A DNA stretch of 62,566 bases from Aplysia californica. Lineage: Eukaryota. Both the position numbers and the translations under genes were made by a program. Positions 11,627 to 23,700 of this stretch are shown piece by piece (positions within the stretch are counted from its first letter, which is position 1; every line of letters starts with the position of its first letter). The stretch is taken from the NCBI RefSeq assembly GCF_000002075.1, contig NW_004798009.1, forward strand, positions 11,403 to 73,968, written 5' to 3'. A model generated the notes under the pieces. It saw nothing but the letters and a program-made list of their open reading frames with translations. It searched no databases and was not told the DNA's origin.

Positions 11627-12353
11627 TTATTCAAAAACTTGTTAGTTTCATTTTGATTTTTTTAACACAAGTAGGGTAACTCTGTTCACAAAGGGTGCGC
11701 ATTTGCGAAGAGGATGCTACCAAATTTTGAGGACACTTTTTTAATTGGCTCAAAGAGAGGAGTGGACCCTCTTGTTATGTAGACTCCTTGATATCGATAC
11801 TGATGTAAATATTCGGTATCGATGATTGATCAGTAAATCTAGAGAACAAAATGAGCAGTGAAATTTCACTTGTATTTAACAAGGCAAGGGGGGGTTTCAG
11901 GGCATGCCCCCCTGAATTTGACCATAATTTGATGTTTTGCAATTAGGTTTGATTGGCTATCTCTCCATATGCTTATCGGCACGAGCATTAAAAAGTATAT
12001 CTTGGTGGGGTCAAAACGAGTATCCCTAAACGGGACCGCAATTGTACAGGAGTGCTATTTATTAGGTTTGGGTTGGGGTTAGGTCTCTGTCTTTTTTTAT
12101 TGTGTTTGTTGGGGTGGTCACTCATTATATGGAAGTCCTTCCCACTGATTCACTGCTTACTTTGGGGGTCAAACTGCAGTATTTTTTGCTGCAGATCACA
12201 CATAAAGTATAAAGCCATTAAAATTGTTGCAAATCAATTAATTTCAAGAAAATTTCAAGCCTATCTGCAAAATATCAAATTATTGGTTTTTTAAAATTAG
12301 GCCGCGGCTCTATTTCTCCGAACGCTCGGCAAAATAAACTTGAACTCTATTTC

Positions 12354-15300
12354 TCAGAATACTTGGTAAAATGTCTGAAGCTTCTGCCAAAAACAATCTG
12401 AATGAAACACTGTGCCGTTATCCATTAAGATCTTGCGCACTGGTCCTCTCTCAAACATGAATTCTTCAACTACTTCCGTCACAAACCCTGCTGTCTCTCT
12501 CTTCAGTTTCTTCCATATTGCAAATCGCCCTGGGCTACAATCAACAATTGACAGGTATGGCACTTGATGATGGTGAGTTTATATCTATTGCCAGTCTTGT
12601 CCAGTCTGTCACGACATCTAGGTTGCCCGCCTCATGGACAACTGGTGCAGGATCGATAGACTGACATTGCTCACAAGCTTGTACGACTTTTTAAATCTCA
12701 GCATGGCTCGTTTCTGGTAGCACCTTCCGAGCCAAGTACAGAGTACAGTCTACCCCCATCTGGTGCATGTCATGCAGGTCTTTCAAATCAAGATGACCAG
12801 TAGCACACACGCATGGCTCTGGTTCTCCTTCCTCCATTCCATGCCCACCAGAGCTTAACCACTCCTTTTTCACTCGTGTCAGAATGTCTGCTTTGTTCTT
12901 TCTGGTCGGAACCAAGGTTATCGACATAACCTGACCAAACTCATTAAGGCTTTTCAATATCCCTCAGCGTCTCTTCACAATCAACTCAGCTGTCTCTTTG
13001 GTGTGCACTCTCCTACCTTCCGATAAAACAGTTTTGATCCAACCAGCCACCATTGCTGAGTCAGTGATAACTTTGATTTCAAAGATGTTCCACTTGATGG
13101 CCATGTTTACACCTTTCATCACAGCCTCCAGCTCTGCTTCGTTGATATGATATGGTCAAAATCTGAAGGTTTCCGAAGCCAGGCAGCGTCCTCTACCCCG
13201 TTGCCATTGATCTCCAGTAACACACCATATCCGATACTGCTGGCATCACCCCATATGGTTTCTTTGGTTGCTTTAGCCACGTACCATTTTCCTTTGACAG
13301 GATCCTCATTAGTCAAGCGGCTCAACATTTCCTTCAACATTTTCTCCACTTCATCTTCTGCAATCTTCTCCCAATCGGTACTATTAGTCCTTCTCTTTAT
13401 GTAGCTGCATGCTATTCTTCCGCAGATCGAGAACAACTCCCGTTTGGTGACATTAGACACTACATGGGGAATCCTTTTGGCTCTGGAAAATATGAGATCT
13501 CCTGCGGAATCAGATTTCAACTTCAAACCCAATGCAGCGCCACCATCCAATGGCTCTGGTTCTTTCGTTTTCAACCCTTAGTTGCCCAGGTGCTTCACCA
13601 GTGTAGCAGATGTTACCTTGCTCTCATCCAGCAGAATGTCATCAATGTAGGACTGCGTGCCAAAGTCTATCTTCTCATCCGTACTCAATACCGTTTTCAA
13701 GGTCTTCTTCATGATGCGGTGTGCCGATGTAAGACCGAATCCAAGTCTTGTCAGGCAATATGTTTTACCTTTGTAATTCACAAGTTGATATTTTCATAGA
13801 TCTCGTGACACCCAAATTTGAAGGTAAGCACCTTTCAGGTTGACAATCATTGCTGCATCTGTCGCCTGTCTCCACTCTCGCAATGTCTCGCTGCATACAT
13901 CCGTGAATTCACTCACCCCCCGTGTGACTACTTACATATTTATGGAGCTCTCTGTAGTCAAGGACAGGGTTTACCTTGTTCTTACTTGGTTGAACAACAG
14001 CCATAAGCGGAATTATGCCTATTTCTACTTTCTCATTCCATCGTAAAAGTATCCCTTCCTCTATCCAAATTTGTATCTCTTTCTCAAACCCTTCCGTAGT
14101 CTCCATATCCATCTGTTTACCATAACATCTGATCTTATTCTTTAACTGGGGAGGATCCCTTTTCCATTACCACTCTACTGTCCATGTATTGCCATCAAAA
14201 ACTGCCTTAAAATCACTGTCGTCAATAACTTCAACCTCACTGTGTTCGTAAACAGCGCTCTCTGCTCGCTTTACATTCCTCCCTGCCTGGTCTGGGGGAT
14301 CAGATTCAGTTTCCATTTCCGCTACCCCACACCATTTGACACCAAACTCAACTGTACCACAGTTGACTGAAACTCCTCCCAGGCTAGTTATAGCATCCAT
14401 TCCCTGCACCACATCAATATCAGACAGAATAGAATCTGAGACAATTGCATTTACGGAGACCGAGACACCTCGCACGTCAATGATTAGCTCTTTCTTCCCC
14501 TGACACTTCACTCGTGAATGATCAAAAGCTACCACATAGTTCTGGCCCACTCTGTTTCCAACTGCCTGTGAACTGACCACTGTGACCATACAACCTGTAT
14601 CTACCTATGCTTTGACCTTACCTCCCTTCACGCCAAGACAGGCACCGTTTCCCCTCTGACTGCATCGACTGGCTGTGTGCCCAACTTCCTTTCAGTGTTA
14701 CCAAACAATGTCAGCACGATGACTACAAAACTTACCCATATGTGGTCCACCACATCGATAACAAGAGCCTTTAAATGCCCTCACACGTTGACTGTGGCTT
14801 CCCACTTTGTTTGCCATCGCTCAGCCTACCGCCGCAACACGGACCATTCCTGTCTTGCTTGCTGTAAGGATTCTAGCTCTTGTTATTACCTCTGACAGTT
14901 CAACTTCGAAGACCCGGCTTATCTGTTGGAGCTCACACGATATCAGGTCAGGGAATCCATTTACAAAGGATAACCTAACCAGCCTATCCAGTTCGCTGCC
15001 TGAAAATCCAGCCAACCCTCCCAGTCTCTTTAGTTCGTTCGCGAAGATATCAACATGCTCACCGTCCCACCTCCTCTGTGTCAACTTACGCAACAAATGA
15101 GCTGTCTGTGAATGCCTCTAGAAGACGCTTCTCAATTGTCTGATATTGTGATCTTTCGAGCTCACTAAGCTGTAAGTACAACGCCAATGCATTACCCTCC
15201 AAGATCAGCAGTACAAATTTCGCAAGATCCTGAATGTTCTTCAAACCCACGCCGAGTTTAACCTTAGCCAACCATGCCACAACATCACTATTGCCACTGA

Positions 15301-15758
15301 AAGGCTTGATCATGTCCGTCGTTATTTTCGATGCCATAACTAGCACTTAATATCTGACTCTAGATAGAGAACATCGCCGAAATAGCTTGTGGTTTAACTA
15401 TACACACCCACCTCTTGTGGCTATCCAACTTGCACTGACTGGTGACAAATCTTTTTCGCCTCGACTGCGACTAACGCTCATGAGTTCTGTCTTTCACAGT
15501 CTGGCTCACGCCTCAGCCTGCCCTTGTTCTCGTCTTCAATGTCAAATAGGTACTTGATTACTTTCCCGAAATAAACCAATAAACCACATGTATATAATAC
15601 CTAATGATAAAAGTCAAATACAGTTTAGTGTCCACTTAACAGCAATCCAGATAAGAGCAATGTCTGCCTAACAGCAACCTTAGCTTGCGTAACAGAATTT
15701 TCCTTATATAAATAACTCCCTTTAACAGCAACATTTCCCTCTAACTGTAACAGCAACA
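12354..15758 (-). mobile_element. Degenerate, 3'-truncated Ty3/Gypsy LTR retrotransposon (gag-PR-RT-RH-IN)
   Basis: Gag start MASKITTDMIKPFSG (ATG 15337), knuckle CYRCGGPHMGKFC, protease VDTGC, RT PVLDYREL / LGFGL / SYIDDILL, RNase H WGDASSIGYG / NEAELEA / TDS, integrase HDMHQMG...CEQC, LAID, MDNG. The RT-RH-IN order is Gypsy-type. Many stops and frameshifts. Candidate 5' LTR TG..CA at ~15431-15758 followed by a TGG PBS-like motif (low confidence). Confidence 0.9.
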
Positions 15759-16402
15759 TTCATTGGTACAAATTGTCTGACAAATTTCTCTTTTGACTCA
15801 AAAACAGTACCTCTTCTCTTGTTGGGGCCAAAAATACACTATGCTGATTACAGGAGCCCAGTTCACACCCTTCAAGAGTCTCCCAGATGGGGGGGGGGGG
15901 GGGATATCTCTGCCACTTTGATTATGTGTGACAATACCGCCCTGCAATCAGCCATGGGCTTACTTCAAAGAAGCTGTGGTCAAACCTCGGCACTGACGCT
16001 GCCAATGTTCTCACCTGCTGATGTAACAGCATCACAACACGCTGCTATTACCTTTTCATGCATAGTGGTCTGCCAGATGAACTGAGCTCAAAGGCTGGGT
16101 CTGGTCCATGAGCCAAACAGTCCAGTCCATTTATAACAGCCTCTGTTATTACAGGAACTTGGATGTAACAGTGATAAATCAAATTCTCGTTTGTTTGTTT
16201 TTTCTCTATAAGTGTAGGTAATATGAACCTGGCTATAACAGGATTCAATTTGTGCAGACTTGGATATAACAGTGATCTTACAGCGCATGAACTTGCTTTC
16301 GATCCGTTAAATTATTAAAATTTGTCTCAACCAGGACGTTTCACCTGTTTGTATGATCGCTTGAAACACATGTATATTTTTTCCCTCTCCAGAAATCACA
16401 TC

Positions 16403-17625
16403 ATGCATCGAATGAGGCTTGATTTTCTTCCAACCGGACACAGAAGGGGTGCTAGTTCTGATGGCACTTCTGACATCCAAGATCCTTCTCCGACTGAAGA
16501 AAATGATGAAGATGTGATATTAGTAGGTCCATCTTCGTCAGAGGATGAGTTGGAACCTGAGCCTCCTAATGAGGCATCAGAACAGCATAGTATTCAGGGT
16601 GCGCACACTCAAAGCATAAAACATTTTCTATTAGAAGCTAAGAGACTGCTCAGGTGTGCAGATGATCAGTCTAGATCAGAAGAAAGACAAAACAGTGTTT
16701 CTGGACACCTCTATGATTTCTCTCGTCATGTGACTGCCGAAGATCTTTTGAGGGAAAGGGAATTCACTGATATGTTAAGCCTTGTTGCTCGTCTGAAGGG
16801 CAGGTTAAGTGCTGAACGTGTGTTTTCTCTTGGATGCCCACATCTACGTAGAGAGCGTGATATTTTTGACGAGCTTTTGTTACTGCATTCAGCCGAGTTG
16901 TTAGAAGGAAGTGAGAGGACAGCTCACGTTAGTTCAGATGTGGCTAGTGCCTCAAACACTGATTTGTCCTTGCCTGGACCTTCAAACAGTGTCGTTGAAA
17001 CAACTGAATCAAATCGCAACATTAGCAGTGAGGTCTTAAATCCAAATGTATCCGACCAGAGAACACTAACTGTGTCTGAAGGCATAACAAATGTTCCCTC
17101 TGGTATTTCAACAATGCCGTCTGCTCATTCTCGAGAAGAATTGACAGAGAATTCAGAGACTAGTGCTTCCTCTTTCATTTCTGCAGCAGGATCAGTTCTT
17201 TCAGAAGATTCTTCTGGAAGTCGGGTGAATTTCAATGGCTTGGAAAACCAAATGCAACATGTGAGGGAGTCTTTAAAGCAGTTTCTTCTTTCTGGAACCA
17301 TGGACTTGTCACCAACTGTCAATGTTCAGAATGTGTTACGATACTTGGAGATGTCGTCTGCATTAATTCCATCGTGTTCATCCGCCAGTACCATGGAGGT
17401 TTGTATTGCTGACTGAATAGTTAATAATTGGAGGATAGTTTACATATATATTACGTTAATAAAACTATTGTTTGCTCCAATATATAATAATAATAATAAT
17501 AATAATATATAACATTTATATAGCTCATTTCCAAAAAAAGTAGTTCAATGCGCTTTACATTGGAATACCCATTTTTCAAAAACCTTTCTTACTACTTCCT
17601 TTCTTCTCATGCAATATACATTAAT

Positions 17626-17703
<78 letters not shown>

Positions 17704-20700
17704 ACTATTTTCATCCAGACATAGAACAGAACAACTATAATGAAAGATAACGTTAAAAGCTTATGATATGGGTTTTTAATGTTTAAGTTTTGACTTGAGT
17801 TCCGTCAGGTTGTATGCGACTTATAATTTTGGTAAATGACGTGGAAATGCGCGTTTTTATTTGTGTGTATATGAGTTGTGTGCAATACATTTTTATTAGC
17901 CACTGCCAGTTTGTTTCATTTAATCTTCTCTTTAAATGGGGTTTTGGAGACTCCATTTTTTTGTTTTTTTACCGAACTCTCGACTTTTTGGGGATGATTA
18001 TGAGGAAGACTCCTCATTTTGGTCCTGGAGTAGTTGGCTGGTTTGCCTTCAGTCATTCCATAAAAACTCATTCATATGAATCTTTAATTTCTTCAGTGAA
18101 CTGCTTAAAAGGGGGAAATCATTTACATAAATTTGTACTAATAAGCTGTAGACTTTTAAGCCAGACAGGAGTCGAGTCGACACAATCTCAATATTATGTC
18201 GTAAGTATCAAATCTGATGAACAAGCTATCTTGAAAAAGATTTTAACACAAAACATTTAATGATTTAGTGAATGTAGAGACCGAGATAGCCAGTTGTGTG
18301 AGTAATGATGCCTATTTTTACCGATAATGTTATGGGATGGGTCCCACTTTCTTTTACAAAAGGTGTTGTTCAGTGATACGTACCTGCAACTTTTTCTTGA
18401 AGTCTCTCTGCCTTCAATTGCAACTGTATTTCTTCAGAATTTGGTCCAGTCCCCAAGAAGCAGAAAAAGGAAAAAGCCTGAAGATGAAGTTGCAGCTAAT
18501 GACTCAAAAGAGGAAGAAAAAATGGATTCTAATGATAAAAAAACGAAGGTGGAAGAGGAGGATGAAGAGGAAGAAGTGAGTATTACAAGAATGTTAATAT
18601 ATTAATATATATTTTCGTTTCTTTCATGGGAAATCAATAGAATAGAAGTAATGGACAAAATAATGATTTTAAAAATATCTGACCCTCTGTTCTTTACATT
18701 TTGCACAATATTACCGCCATTGGCACTATCTCCTCATAGTTTTTTTAAAGATAGTTTACCGTTATCAGTTCAGTAGGATTTACTTTTACTCAGTGTTTTC
18801 ATCCTCCCCACTTTGTTTTGAGAAAGGTCGTTTGGACAGAAAGTTTGCCCTTGAACAATTTGCTTTCTTGAAATGTAGGAATCAGTTAAGTCTGCTGGTA
18901 AGATTGTTTTGGGTGAAAATATGTTTATGAAGCTATTGTATAGTATTTAAATAGATCTCAGTAACATGTGTTTAGCAGTAGAAGTGGTCTGGCTCATTTT
19001 CAGTTCTTCTTCTTTGTAGTTTTTTAAAATCAAATTTTAATCTTTGATAGGAACCCTTCTCTTAGATATGGAAAAAGGAGGTGAAATGCAAATTTTAAAG
19101 AGCATGAAAACTTAAATGACCATTATTGGCATATATTGACATGTTCTCTCACAGAGTTGCCCAATCTGTCTGGAGCCGTGGTCAACTGGAGGAGAGCACA
19201 GGATCACATGTCTCAAATGTGGACATTTGTTTGGCCTGAGGTCAGTAGTTGGGTAGTTACCAGGGAGTTCCAGAAATTTTAAGCATGCCAGAACATTCAT
19301 AAACTGATTGCCTCTAATATACAAGCAAAATTGTCCCAGACGACCACCCATTGTTGAGGAGAAAAGTGGTCACCTTAGACATGTGCTCCTCTTGAATAGT
19401 GTCATTTCGATGTATAGAAAAAACACAAGGGGGAAATAGGGAAATGATTTTTTGTACAGGTGGTTGTCTTGGACAGGTGGTCGTTAGTGCAGGTTCAGTT
19501 GTCTTAATCATAAAGAAAATGAAAACTGCAAGTGCTTTTTTTTTGCTAGTCCTGGGTTAACATTCTCACGTCCTGAAAAAGAGGAGAGGAGATATGTCTG
19601 GAAAGAGTCCCTTTGCAGCAGTTGTATAAGATAGCTTGATGTACTCAAATATCCAAGTTGGTATTGTTTCACACTTTATCTTGCACATGATGTATATTCA
19701 AATATGCGGGTTGATAACACTTTTTTTTCACTTAAGCTGAGATCCCTGACTTTCAGTTTTTGTGGGGGGGGTTTCACATATTTGCTAGCATAGATGTTTT
19801 AAAAATTATACTTTTAATTCGCTGCTGAGCTATATGTAAGGGTTGGATGTTTCAGAAATGGGACAATTTCATCTTTACTAATAAAGAAAGTATTAATCAC
19901 CGGAAAGAAGTGTAGAAAGAAATCAGTGCACTCAAATTTATTCTATATTTCCACCAGAGATAATTCCACGAATGCAAGTAAAAAAAATAGGTGGATTCTA
20001 TTGTTTTGTTTTGTTTTGTTACATTTCAGCTGCATTGAGAAATGGGTGGATCAGGCTCGTTGCTGTCCTCACTGCAAAGCCCCCGCCAAGAAGTCGGACA
20101 TACGACCTATCTTTGTTAAGAAAGTCACCGTAAGTTTTCCCTCTTTTATTTCAAATCTACTATTTTTCGTTTGGACGCGTCTTAAGCGCCTGCTGTAAAT
20201 GTACATAGAGGTTTGAGTCAAAGAAGTTGATGTAAGCCTTCTGTTAATTTTTTCCCATGGAAGATCCAGTAAGCATATCCTATTTGTTCTTCTTTTTTTT
20301 CCTCATTATACACTGAGTAAAAGGTGCAAGGGGTTGTTACTTTGTAAATTGTCCGTAAACAGTTTATTCCAGGCTGATCTTACAAATGATGAGTCATCAT
20401 GTTTTTAACTAGGCGGAAGACACTTCACAAAGAGACAGAGCTCTTCGGCTTCTAGAGGAAGAGAAATTTTCTCGGCGACAGATGGAGCAAAAAGAAGCTT
20501 CGACAAGGAAGGAGCTCAGTGGCAAAATCGCCAGCATGGAGGCTGAGATGGTGTTGCTTCAAGCTCGGCTGCAGAGAGGAGAGTGAGTGGCCCCCTTCTG
20601 ATAAAGTGATGTACTGACATCTTCCTTTGTTTTGCCTTCACCTGCCAAAATAATCAACAACAAAAAAAACCCAGTTTCATTTCTATTGTTGCAAGGCTTT

Positions 20701-23700
20701 ATTTTTACATTTTTTATCCATCTTGTATCAAGTAATTTTACTGTGGGTGGTTTTTAGTGCTTAAGCATATTGGGGAACTTTCATTGCTAAAAGTTGTTTA
20801 CTCTTATCAAATGTGCATTCTTTCACTCTCCTTTCACATTATGTGTACCCACAAATCAAGGAGCCGACTGGAACAACTGGTCTACATGTGTACCCACAAA
20901 TCAAGGAGCCGACTGGAACAACTGGTCTACAGCATCATCTTACCCTAGTGCATGCAACATTTTCCACTGCCGTGATTGTTTTATATTGATAGTTTTTTTT
21001 AACTTTTTTTCCAGGGTTGTTGGTGCGGTATCCAGTGGTTCTTCCTCAGTTATATCTTCCACTCCTGGCTCCGTACGGTATGGGTCCAGTCGATTTGCCT
21101 TCCAAGAAAAGATCAATTTATCTCAGGTAACAGCGAGACTTGTTTAGGCCTATGCTGTTCACATCCTTTGCCAACAGTGGCTACCCATTTGTTCAGCTCC
21201 CTGTGTTCTTAATCTTGGCCATCTTTTATTGTTCAAATTCTCATGTCATTTGCTGGAGAGAAAGTAAATTATGACTGCTGACATTGGCGCCGTCACACTT
21301 TCCTCACTAAAAATGAAAACGAGGCGGCAAACTTATCATTGAAAATGTGTCGTGTTAGAAACAAGTGGCATGGCTGGATTGAACAGGAAAATGTGAAAAG
21401 ATATAGCGAAAGACTATTTTGGAAAGATAATCACCTTCCCAGAAAAGTGTTCGTCTTTTGTTATGACTTTGAAATGTGGGGTTTGCTGCAAAACCTTTTT
21501 GTAAGGCAGTTGTAAAAGTATAACAACAATAGATATGAGGCATGCACACAAAATGAGTATTTCTCATAACTCATGAACGAAGATGTGGGCAAAAAATCGA
21601 CTCTAAAAGTTTTGATTTATCTAGGTCTATAGGACTGAAATTGGAGAGGTAATTCATTTTGATAGCTCTTTTATTGATCCTTTTGGGAAATTTGAGTACT
21701 GTGACAACAATACAATAAGAAAATAATTCATCAATATCTCATATTGTCATAATTCTCAATATCACACCCATATAAACAATTTAACAAGCCTGCCATTGCT
21801 GGTCCCCAACGTGCAATGCCTGTTTCTGAGCTAGACTTATGATATCTTGCTCCAAGACACATCTCAGTGACCACTTGCAGAAACATTTTGATTGGGGGTT
21901 TTTTGGCTGGAAAGAGCTAAAGAATGTCTTTGTTTTTATTTTGATATTTCAGGAGCCCAGCTGCCGAGTGTTTGACGTTTGTCCAACTTTAGGCATGACC
22001 GTTGTGTCTTTGAAATCGCCAAATACTCTGTTTAGGGGCTTTGGAATCAAGGTGAAGTGCTTCTTTAGAGACGGTTTTTTTTGGTCATAGTTAGTCTTAC
22101 TTAACCAATTACCACTAGTGTTTGCTTTTAATAGAGACGTAGTAAAAACAGAAACTTTCAAACATCTCCTTTGTTTCCACCCTTAACTCCACACATCAGT
22201 GTAACAAGCTCAGTCCACCAATGCCACCCCTCACTGCCATGTAACAAGGATTCGAGGAACTCTTTTATCGGCTAGCCGTACAATCAGGGAAGTAGGCATT
22301 GGTTGAACCAGTCTCTCACCTCTGGCTTCTGGCTACCCAGGACAGTTTCTGTGGTGGCTCGCTACTCAAGCACTTTCACTGGCACTCGTGAGATTTGACA
22401 CCCACACTACCCTGACCATCTGCATCGCTCTGGGCTCACATAGATGGGGCAACATCTACCCCCAATTGCACCCTTACTCCCCTTTCTTGCCCGGCAGCAT
22501 GGTGTAAGTTTAGAGCCGGCGGAACCAAACCTGCGAGTTTTGTTTCAAATAAATCAGGGCTGAGTGGTCAAATCATTTTCTGTCTTAGACAGGTAACACC
22601 ATTGGATGGGAGCGGATTTTTCTTTCCGTTTCTGCGCTGGGCAGGTTTCCGTTTTATACAGGTAATTAAAGAGGAATATGTCAAGGGGGGAGCAGGGAGA
22701 TTCTGTTAAGGCAGGTTCGACTGTATATATTTCGATGTTGCTGGTGGAATCTCCTTCTAAAACAAAAAATTCAATCTGACAAACCTCCTAAGAGGCAGCC
22801 ATTTTTGTGTGACGTCATTCAACTGTATTATTATAGTCCTCAAATTTATCATCTGAATTTGTCTGTCCTCCTCAGATCCTGTCTCGAGACTTCCGCCATC
22901 TGTCCTACCAGCCACTCCACGCCAACATGATTCGTGACCTGTGCTTCCAGCCAGGATCATTGGATGGCATGCTGCTGTCCGGAGGCATGGACAAGTGTGT
23001 GCAGCTCACCAGTCTCACCAGCAAGACAGTCGTTCAAAAGTGCGTTTGTTGTTTCCTTAGTTTGGTTTTGGTTTTAGTAAGAGTTTTACGGCACTTGCTA
23101 GGCAAATAGGTCGTATAAGTGCAGAAGATTAGAGGTGTTACTAGAGAGTAACATATGAAAAAAAGGAGGGGAGATCAGGATGATAGATGTTTGATAGCTG
23201 TTTATTTCCTTTTTTAGAATGGTTATGTTATCCCTTTCAGTCCTTGTGTTGTTTCTGTCTGTCTGTCTTGCTTTCTCTGTGCACTTGTTACTGTGTCGAT
23301 GCGCTTCTTTTAAACCATAAACCTTTTGAAATTTATGTAACCCAATGAACCTGTGACGCCGATTTATCGCTTTGCAAGTTATTTGCCCCTGCCCCGATAT
23401 ATCGGTGTGTGATAGTCTACCATAGAATAGTATTTCATACGCGCATAAAAAGGGGGAAAATGAAGTCAAAAGGACTTGTAGGTTTCTGGTAACTATTGTA
23501 ATAGTCAAGGCTGCTCAAAGAAGAGGGAATTGATTTGAATAAACTTTTGTGTTTCTTGTGTGTAGCCACGGAAGCATTTTTTACCCAGGAAGCCAGGGGA
23601 TGGGATATTTTGGGCTCAAGAGGTCAGGGTTCATTTAGTTAATTTCAGTGAAATGGCGTTGTCTGTGTAACATGTCGAAGCTGTTTTGTTATATTTCAGG

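Larger units (their letters stand above)
9422..11790 (-). mobile_element. Element X copy 2 (inverted), split by two insertions
   Basis: Segments 9422-9706, 10789-10833 and 11627-11790 are collinear reverse complements of 6046-6510. Confidence 0.8.
9252..12055. mobile_element. TIR element enclosing a nested transposon cluster
   Basis: Perfect 26-bp inverted repeat GCACTCCTGTACAATTGCGGTCCCGT at 9252-9277 and 12030-12055; TSD not evident. Confidence 0.65.

Noticed and set aside
20757-20948. Possible extra RFWD3 cassette exon containing the 45-bp duplication
   Set aside because: No acceptor gives a stop-free phase-2 exon; exons 20582 and 21015 already join in frame.
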